Shown here: positions 14,478 through 21,886 of the stretch, piece after piece
Layout of the letters: every line of letters begins with the position of its first letter
Numbering within the stretch: position 1 is the first letter of the stretch
Notes under the pieces: generated by a model
Database searches by the model: none
Told to the model about the DNA's origin: nothing
Seen by the model: only the letters and a program-made list of their open reading frames with translations
Program-made: the position numbers and the translations under genes
From: Amphiscolops sp. MND2022
Lineage: Eukaryota
Assembly: GCA_964187785.1 (NCBI GenBank)
Contig: OZ076409.1
Coordinates: 56,732,001-56,796,000 of the forward strand
Direction: 5' to 3'
Length of the DNA: 64,000 nt

Positions 14478-15199
14478 TGTAACGATAAGCGCTGGCGCTT
14501 GAACCGCAACGTAGAATGGAGGAACTAGAACAGCGAATATAATCTGGGACTTAGATCTCCGCGGCCCTAGCTCATTTTCCCTCCGAAGGAGCCAGTCCCA
14601 AGGTGGGGGAACCGTCTTGTTGGAAACTCTCTGGCCTGGTCCTAGTCTGTAATTGCTAAAAGTAACGGGCATCTTGCATGTCTCAAGACCACTGCTCAAT
14701 TAGCCTTTAAAAAGGGGGCTGAAAACGGGAGGATGTTGAGCCATAGTATTGGAGAATCTGATAAAATCGACATCAAAAAGGGGTAACCATAGATGTAAAT
14801 GGGCAGCTCTCGAGCATATCAATCTACTACAACAAGGAAAGCACAACAAGTACAACAATATCGGAAGTTTGAGTTTTTAGTAGGAACGAATTGACCATGG
14901 CTTCCCAGCGCTAGCGCTCGTCACCGCACAGGACGCCGCAGGATCTTCAGGCGAGCATCTGGAACACCGGTTTCTGTTGCCTATGTAGTGTAAACGCCAA
15001 AGACCAAAGATGGGCACTTCACCGTGTTCTAGGGACTGTTTTCTACGTCTTCTCTTCTCGTCGTCTCTCGCGGGGGCGATTTCTGATTTTTGATCTGCTT
15101 TTTTTTGACAGGTCTTTCGTCTGGAGCATGTTTGAGTGCCACGTCAGATTTGAACGAATTTTTGCTTCGAAAATTTTGACATGGGCAGTTACCGTTACA
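14478..15199 (-). repeat. 3' LTR of element A (722 bp)
   Basis: TGTAACG...CGTTACA inverted termini; no difference from 32634-33355 found by eye. Confidence 0.97.
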
Positions 15200-15208
15200 T
15201 CACTCCCC
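15200..15208 (-). promoter_or_regulatory. Polypurine tract of element A
   Basis: GGGGAGTGA on the minus strand abutting the 3' LTR; identical in element C (52373-52381). Confidence 0.8.
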
Positions 15209-15781
15209 GGGCTTCTGGCTTGTCGTCCCTGGCAAGCGGCATCTGGCCTCGTCTGGAAACGGCATCGCTGAGACTGCTGGGGATCATCATCCACACCACA
15301 GGGGACAAGGACGAGTCCTTGTTTTTCAGCAACTATTTTTGACAAATTTCGCTGTTTTTTTTTCAAAGAAAATTTTACCGCCTAGTATTTTTACAAAAAG
15401 TGCAAACGAGGTTTTAGCACCAGCTCGAGAGCTAAGGTTTTCAGTCGGTTAAAACTCGTTTGGGCAAGCAGTTTTCGCTAAAAATTCTTTTGCGACCAAG
15501 GTCAGCTAAAATTTCTTTTTCCGTGCAACTTGTCATTTACAGTTTTCGATCAATTTCGGACAACATAAAACTTCTTTTGGGAGGGCGCCGCTTCGGCTAC
15601 TCCTTAGACAGTCGATAGAAGGTGCTTGAGCACCAAAACACAAAAAAAACGGCAAAAATCGTAACTAAAAGGCTAAGACTTTTTCTAGACCATGGCAACT
15701 CAAAAACACCGCGAACGGTGCGCAACAGAAATAACAGTTTTTCTTTGGTAATAGATTCTTTTTTACTTTGTAGGCGAAGCA

Positions 15782-15957
15782 GCTGGGGCAGGTGCACTCT
15801 ATTGACCGTACACCCAGCGCATTACTAACAGTACAATAACTAAGTAATAACTATGAACAAAAAATTGCACCATGTAGGGGTAGCACCGGCTAAAGCAATA
15901 AGTTTGAAGGCACAGTTTCGGTAGAGTTTAGAGTCTATAGGGAGCGCGAACGCTCCC
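15782..15957 (-). other. Conserved RNA stem-loops in the 3' UTR of element A
   Basis: GGGAGCG-UUCG-CGCUCCC (15940-15957, identical at 53082-53099) and a second stem at 15782-15818 whose differences from 52940-52976 preserve pairing. Confidence 0.7.
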
Positions 15958-15971
15958 ATTGGCGGCAGGGT

Positions 15972-18389
15972 TTATTGGGCTGAGCTGCGTCGAGCTCGAT
16001 TCTTTATGGCATCATCGGGAGCTCCTGGATTGCTGGCATCTTCCGACGCAACTGACGCTCTGCGTTGAGCAGGAACCACAGTAACTACTGTTTCCGAGTC
16101 GGACAGGTCCTCTGGGAGCGTCAAATCGGCGATTGGCTGCACCAGGATAGTGCTGGGGGTCAGTTCAGCGTCGTGTTCTCCGGTCTGGGGTTGCGATGAC
16201 TGAGGACTGGCTTGTGTCGACGGTGGACTCACAGGCTCTGCCTGCAGGATATGAGTGGGCAAATCCAGAGTCACGGGTCGGTCGATGGGCTGACTTAGTG
16301 ACATGGCCATTGTGGGTGCCAGCATGGTAGGCGCGAACGCCTGTTGTCTCTCGAGTTCAGCTCTACTCTCCACGGCCAAGGATATCCGCTTGGAGACCCA
16401 GCCGGGCTGACTCCAGAGCTCGCAAGCTCGCTTCCATTTGGGGAAGCTGGCAATTTCCAGCTCCAAACAATGTCCTTCCCACTCTGCGCGGGCTTCAGAG
16501 CCTAGCACAGAATTAATCTCATCGTGTTGGACGATAGACATATCCCCTGACATCGTCATCTTGGCTTGCGGTCGCCAGGCAGCTTTTCTTGGGAACGGAG
16601 TCACACGGCTCTGCAGGTTCCTCTGACGAGTCTGAGCTGCTCCTTCAATCCAGTTTGGGATTTGAGTCAATTCCATATACTGGATTTGTCGATTGAAGGC
16701 TTCAGGGGCGCGACCCACGGGTTTTGCCCTAGGCCATCCCAGTGGCTCCTTCCAGTAGTGATTTGGGAAAGTGATGCATTTGAAAGCGTACAGGGGATCT
16801 ACAGGTGGACCAGCACTAATGCTGGCTCGGATCACCTTGCGTATGAATTCCTGCGACCAGGGGAATCTAAAGGGGACTCCATTCAGGCTGAGAGGTGCGG
16901 AGTACCAGTTGACTGGGCCGTATTCTCGTGGCAAAGGGCACGCTTTTCGTGTGCGAGCACGCAACAGACCCATCAAATTCTCTTCTAGTTGTTTCTCCGA
17001 CTTCAAGGTGGTGTACCCGTGCGGCATCTCGCCACTCAATACAGCCTGCACGATTCGCTGATAGGTTAGTGGGGGCCGTCCTTGGAGATAGGTGCAGAAG
17101 GAGACCATATGCACCTGTACTGTTCTCGCCAATGGTTTGGTGGGATACCGGCACACACCGACCGCACCGAAGATTGGAGCCAAGACGGAAGCCATAACGG
17201 CCACGAAGTCCTCCACTTCGGCCAGAGTCAAATCGGCGATTTGCTGGGGCATGGGGAATCCCGCCGTTTCCGCAGGGAGTTGACGCTCGGAATGGTGGAG
17301 GGGTTGCGATTGATCCACGCCTACGAACAAGCCAGAGGCGAACACTAGGGTGGAGTACAACCAATGTTGGAGGGACGCACGCATGCGTTCTAGCTGGGCG
17401 ACATAATCTTGCTGGTCCTTGGAATTTAGGAGATGACCCCATCGAGTTAGGCTGCGTAATTGTCCCTGCGCGAGGATCAGGTAGCTGTAGAAAGTGACTA
17501 GATCACTAGACACTACCAACTCGACTAACATAGCAAGGGGACCTGCCACAAACTTCGTCGGGCCCATGGCTAGCGCGAGCGCTAACATCTCTCCTACAGT
17601 AGCTTCGCCGATGGTTTCCAACAATTTGTCGGTCTGCACATTGGTGAGCAAGTACTCAGAGGCTATTACGTCGATGTTCCAGCCTAGTCCGAGACTGGTA
17701 CAAAAGGCTTCCAAGGGACAGTTAAGCTCTTGAGCTACCTCGGCCAGGGTCCTGTCCACGAATCTGGACTGATACCATTCGGCATACGTTATTCCGGCGG
17801 CATCTACTTCAGCCTTCAAGTTGGTCGCCTCTGTAGCCACGACGTACCTCATGCCCACGGGCAACTTGACGGGTTCTATTCCCGCGGCAAACCGAATCTG
17901 GGGAATGGTCCTTTCGACCGTGCGTGTGGCAGGCCAGGTTTCAATTTCCTTCACGAGCTCTGCCAGCTCTGCTCGTACGGGAATTTCTTTGTCCTTCCGC
18001 ACCAGCCAGTTGTATCGTCGGACGGCCTCCCGTTCACTCATGTTGGATGCTCGCATGACGCGATTCCCGTCCAAGTCGAAGGCCATTCGCCCCATACACA
18101 TTCCATGATCGAACAGTATGGCGTCGTCGATAGTCAGTTGTGCATTTCCTGATCGTTCCACAGCGATTAGTACTCTTGACACGGCAGCAAAGAAGGCGGG
18201 GTATGACAATGCATCGGGGCGTAGGTCTCCTCGATCAACTTCGGCGCGCTTTGCATACTTCAGACAGGATGTACACAAATTGCTGCAAGCTTCGTTGCCA
18301 ATACATGAATCCCGGCGGGGATGCGAAGAGCGCGAGCGCTCCCAGACGACCCCGAAGGATCCCTGCTGCACGCTCCATTGCATCTGCAA
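15972..18389 (-). CDS. Accessory ORF3, C-terminal part (real coding frame from ~18240; end of SGNH-like domain plus ~720 aa unknown region)
   Basis: 805-aa ORF, highly similar to element C 53114-55379; joined to 18235..20220 by a frameshift at ~18240. Confidence 0.8.
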   Translation of the reverse strand: MQMQWSVQQGSFGVVWERSRSSHPRRDSCIGNEACSNLCTSCLKYAKRAEVDRGDLRPDALSYPAFFAAVSRVLIAVERSGNAQLTIDDAILFDHGMCMGRMAFDLDGNRVMRASNMSEREAVRRYNWLVRKDKEIPVRAELAELVKEIETWPATRTVERTIPQIRFAAGIEPVKLPVGMRYVVATEATNLKAEVDAAGITYAEWYQSRFVDRTLAEVAQELNCPLEAFCTSLGLGWNIDVIASEYLLTNVQTDKLLETIGEATVGEMLALALAMGPTKFVAGPLAMLVELVVSSDLVTFYSYLILAQGQLRSLTRWGHLLNSKDQQDYVAQLERMRASLQHWLYSTLVFASGLFVGVDQSQPLHHSERQLPAETAGFPMPQQIADLTLAEVEDFVAVMASVLAPIFGAVGVCRYPTKPLARTVQVHMVSFCTYLQGRPPLTYQRIVQAVLSGEMPHGYTTLKSEKQLEENLMGLLRARTRKACPLPREYGPVNWYSAPLSLNGVPFRFPWSQEFIRKVIRASISAGPPVDPLYAFKCITFPNHYWKEPLGWPRAKPVGRAPEAFNRQIQYMELTQIPNWIEGAAQTRQRNLQSRVTPFPRKAAWRPQAKMTMSGDMSIVQHDEINSVLGSEARAEWEGHCLELEIASFPKWKRACELWSQPGWVSKRISLAVESRAELERQQAFAPTMLAPTMAMSLSQPIDRPVTLDLPTHILQAEPVSPPSTQASPQSSQPQTGEHDAELTPSTILVQPIADLTLPEDLSDSETVVTVVPAQRRASVASEDASNPGAPDDAIKNRARRSSAQ

Positions 18390-20220
18390 CCACGTTCACT
18401 AAGGACGCTACACTCCCAGGTCTGCGGGTATCTGCCATGAGGGCATCCAGGTTGCGTAGTACCCCTTCGCAAGCCATGTGGTCGATCAGATTTGTGAAGA
18501 CTACACGTCGCGGGGGCGGCTCTCTTAGAGACCCTCTCAAGTTAGGGTCATACATGACCGCGACCATCTCGGCAACCTCAGCGAAGCGGGAGAGTGGCAT
18601 CGTTAATACCAGCACATCGGGCAGAAGGTTGTCGATGGGGAGATCACTCCTAAGTGTCGAGTCTACTGCCACACAGTAGCGCGCACGCTGCAGGGCCGCT
18701 TTCAGAAGGGGCTTCATTGATTTGATGTTGCGAGCATAGCGGGCGTTGGCTTCCCAGGTTTCCCCTTCGTGCAACATGTACCTAGCAGGAAATTGCTCGG
18801 TGAGGTCATGCTGCAGGCGAGCCATATAATTGTTGGGTGTCGCGGGCAGTTGCTCTCGAGCACGCTGTTCCCAGGCTTGCTCACTCATGTCCGCATCACG
18901 GGCACGTAGCGACCGAGTTATCTGAGCCGCAATGGTGATTCTGCTCACTTCTTTCTGGTCGGCGTCAGACGGCGGTGCCCTCCTTCTGATCGCACACGTG
19001 TTCGGGTACAAACACTCCGCCGCCATCCAGATGCGTTTGCTATCGCCAGTCACCACTGTGCCGGATACGTCATCGGACAGGGGAAGAAAGGCGGGAGGAT
19101 TGTTCTCATCGATTGTCTCGGACACCTCCAAGGACATGTTGGCAGAGCCTGTGCCCGAGGGCACAGGACTCGTTTCAGGATTCGCCTCCACACTGCCGTA
19201 GCGGTTGATGGCCTCTTCCAGGGACATCTGAGGCGCGCCTACGCCTAGGTGGCCGACGCGATATGGAGGCCTCACGACCACCACACTTTTCATCTGCGAC
19301 TGGTGGGGTACATCTGCTCGCTTGTCCGGAGGGGGACGACTGGTCGGACTGTCGGTCACGGAATCATGGCGTGTAGCGACGATATTTTCCTCAGTAAGTC
19401 GCTTCCGGCCAGTTTCCTCACGGGGATAGGTCATGGCGCTGGTGCTTGGTCCAGCCGTAGTTTCTGCTTCCATAGACACAGTTTCGGCTAGGGTGGTGGG
19501 TGGGGTGATGCAGCCCGAGGGCTGAGCGGCAGCTTGCAAGTAATGTGTCAATCCGGGAATCCTTTGCTCAACGGCACGAACGAAGTCAGAGGAGTTGGGG
19601 TAGTTGGCGACAGCCTGCAGGGCCACAATCACCGCTTGCTCGCTGGGACTCCGTCCAATCAGATTTAGATTAGGCACTGATGGCGGTTGGGACCCCGAGG
19701 GCTCCCGACTTGAGGCAGGTTGATTGGTAATGTTCTGCGTCGTCGTTGTCCGGGTTCCATATGGTGCCCCATAAGCAATCGAGCTAGAATGCGGCGTCGT
19801 CTGCACTGGATTTGGTGCCGCAATGGAAGGCAGCGATGGGACGTTGACGGGCATCATACGCAGTGATGTTTCTTGTTCGAATCTGGTGCCCTGGCTGGGG
19901 CCATGCACTGCGATTGATCTTTCGTCCAAGAACTGGTGAGTCAGGTCGTGCCCATCCCAGGCATTGTTGGTGCACGTCAAGGTGCGACGATAGCTTGCCA
20001 CCTCCGTGGTGATTGATAAAGATGCATTTGGCAGCATTTGCATCGATTCAAGCTGGGTCAATAGGGCGGCCACCCCAGCTACGGCTACTGGCGAAAGACC
20101 GTCCCGCAGCCTTTCTTCGACATATTGGGCCTGATTGACCCTCTGCGCTCGCGCAGATTCCTGGGGCCTTGCACTATTAGACCCGGTTGCAGGCGCTGAA
20201 TTATTTGGGCAATGGGCCAT
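18235..20220 (-). CDS. Accessory ORF3, N-terminal part (low-complexity region then degenerate SGNH/GDSL-like fold)
   Basis: 661-aa ATG-initiated ORF, orthologous to 55370..57370. Motifs YCVAVDST, VVFTNLIDH, LFASPP and (next frame) DLRP resemble SGNH blocks I, III, IV and V. Confidence 0.8.
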   Translation of the reverse strand: MAHCPNNSAPATGSNSARPQESARAQRVNQAQYVEERLRDGLSPVAVAGVAALLTQLESMQMLPNASLSITTEVASYRRTLTCTNNAWDGHDLTHQFLDERSIAVHGPSQGTRFEQETSLRMMPVNVPSLPSIAAPNPVQTTPHSSSIAYGAPYGTRTTTTQNITNQPASSREPSGSQPPSVPNLNLIGRSPSEQAVIVALQAVANYPNSSDFVRAVEQRIPGLTHYLQAAAQPSGCITPPTTLAETVSMEAETTAGPSTSAMTYPREETGRKRLTEENIVATRHDSVTDSPTSRPPPDKRADVPHQSQMKSVVVVRPPYRVGHLGVGAPQMSLEEAINRYGSVEANPETSPVPSGTGSANMSLEVSETIDENNPPAFLPLSDDVSGTVVTGDSKRIWMAAECLYPNTCAIRRRAPPSDADQKEVSRITIAAQITRSLRARDADMSEQAWEQRAREQLPATPNNYMARLQHDLTEQFPARYMLHEGETWEANARYARNIKSMKPLLKAALQRARYCVAVDSTLRSDLPIDNLLPDVLVLTMPLSRFAEVAEMVAVMYDPNLRGSLREPPPRRVVFTNLIDHMACEGVLRNLDALMADTRRPGSVASLVNVVADAMERAAGILRGRLGALALFASPPGFMYWQRSLQQFVYILSEVCKARRS

Positions 20221-20232
20221 TAATGCATAGGT

Positions 20233-20258
20233 CTAAAAAGGACCACTGTTAAACTTAC
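20233..20258 (-). promoter_or_regulatory. Putative splice acceptor for the ORF3 mRNA
   Basis: Minus strand gtaagtTTAACagtggtccttttTAG, 12 nt before the ORF3 ATG; same motif and spacing at 57383-57408 (gtaagcCTAACggtaatccttttTAG). Confidence 0.6.
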
Positions 20259-20514
20259 AGGGACAAGTTCTCTCTGGAACGAGCCGTGAGTCGGTTCGTC
20301 CTTCAATTGCAGCCAGGCAACGCCGGCTCCATAAAGGGGCCACTACAAACTTAAAATCTAACTCTAACTAACTAACGAACTAGAACAAAACCTTGAGTGA
20401 ACAACATGACAAATTAACATCTCGAGAGCATTTCAAGGCTCTTCCAAGGTTGTTACAAAAACTGTTACAAGAACTGAGGGCAAAGGAAAAATGGGGACAA
20501 CTAAAATGAAAAGG

Positions 20515-21807
20515 CTACTTCAGCCCTATAGTTAATATTGATACATATACGCGGCTATGCAAAACCACGTGAATACCAGTACCCTCGAACATGCTCGTTA
20601 GAGTATGGTACAGGTTAACCAACGAGAAAGCCGGTCTCTCGGGATCCAGAATCGGTAGGTGGACCCGTGTGGATCCTTTATCTATCAGGCGCTGTGTCAA
20701 GTGCGCCATGCAACGCAAGTAGTCGTCTGTCAGCAGCGGTGCGCGCTGGTTAGCACGGACTATCAACAGGTGAATACTTTGGTTGGGGTTGGGGTTCACA
20801 TCGGGCGGGATAGTGAGAATCTCGCCCACTTTAGGTCGTAAGGCAAATACATCTTCCATGCCGCACTCCCGCAGCACATATCGCAGGGCGGCAGAGTTGG
20901 TCTTTAGGTCAGCAGGGCATGCTAACACTATGTCGCCCTCGGCCTGCAAGAAATCGGATTCATCGTAAGAGACGTGTTCGGCTGAGTTCGGATACAGGGC
21001 TCCAGGGTAAACAATCTCTCGTCCGGGGCCATTATCGGGGGGCAGACACACGCGAGGGGTACGCCCTTGGACTGCAGCCAGGTCTTGCCACACTGAGCGG
21101 GGCATCGCTCGATTGTCGCTGCCGGCCTTTACCCACGCATCTAAAGTTCCCAGGGCGGCTTTAGGGAACAAGGGGATCTCGAAAGTGTGAGTCCACTCAT
21201 CTAATAGTCGAATTCTGGGATAGGTGGCGAAACATGTGATTATTAGTTCCAGCCACCACGCGAACTTCATTTTGCCTCGGTACCAGTCTATGATATGGAA
21301 GCAAAGTATTAAGTCCACAGTGGTGAGGGTCCTCAGACTCTCCAGACAGGATAACAGATTCAACGGTTCCACCAGCGCCTCCACTCGTGGAGCTGTTACC
21401 AGCAGCCACCAGTGAGGAGCCGGGCTGTATACCCCTCCTGGTTCCACCTGGACTCCATACTTGTCGCATAACGAATCAGCAGTGATGCATCGGACCATCT
21501 GCACAGGTTCCCTTTCAAAATTGAATGGTCCAAACGCAATATTACTAGGCACGGGGGGCAACACCGTGGGCAGGGTAAACTCCAGGCCTTTTCCATCGCT
21601 TGTCCACTCCTTAAACCTAGGACAAGGGGCCTTCGCTACCCCAGGCAGTGACAACTTCTCCAGGATAGTGTCCACAGGGTAGTCTCCGGACCGCTCTACA
21701 GCTGAGTAGGTTTTCTCGGCCCGCACCGTGAGGCGGTACACCAAGTTTTCTCTCTCTTCCGGAGGAACTCCCCGGGCTCCAATGGGAACCCTCCGGTTCT
21801 CATTCAC
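20515..21807 (-). CDS. C-terminal extension of Pol: Cys cluster plus two tandem TARG1/OARD1-like macrodomains
   Basis: The frame is open upstream to ~21900 (RYQLRSKRQPRYKCGTCGLRDCVC) and is continuous with the Pol tail in element C (57658..59343). Motifs VRCITAD..WLLVTAPR..NLLSCLESL and GEILTI..IHLLIVR..GSTRVHLP..FEGTGIHVVL. Confidence 0.75.
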   Translation of the reverse strand: MNENRRVPIGARGVPPEERENLVYRLTVRAEKTYSAVERSGDYPVDTILEKLSLPGVAKAPCPRFKEWTSDGKGLEFTLPTVLPPVPSNIAFGPFNFEREPVQMVRCITADSLCDKYGVQVEPGGVYSPAPHWWLLVTAPRVEALVEPLNLLSCLESLRTLTTVDLILCFHIIDWYRGKMKFAWWLELIITCFATYPRIRLLDEWTHTFEIPLFPKAALGTLDAWVKAGSDNRAMPRSVWQDLAAVQGRTPRVCLPPDNGPGREIVYPGALYPNSAEHVSYDESDFLQAEGDIVLACPADLKTNSAALRYVLRECGMEDVFALRPKVGEILTIPPDVNPNPNQSIHLLIVRANQRAPLLTDDYLRCMAHLTQRLIDKGSTRVHLPILDPERPAFSLVNLYHTLTSMFEGTGIHVVLHSRVYVSILTIGLK

Positions 21808-21886
21808 AGCTAATAAGCAGACACAATCTCGCAGCCCGCAGGTTCCACACTTGTAGCGCGGCTGTCGCTTACTCCTTAGTTGATAC

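Noticed and set aside
14253..14699. ORF MSSGLETCKMPV... recurring at 32631-32855 and 51677-51865
   Set aside because: TTG-started by-product of the conserved LTR end; ends differ between copies and run into flanking DNA.
15972..20220. ORF3 as an envelope glycoprotein
   Set aside because: No signal peptide, Cys-rich ectodomain or C-terminal transmembrane anchor visible.
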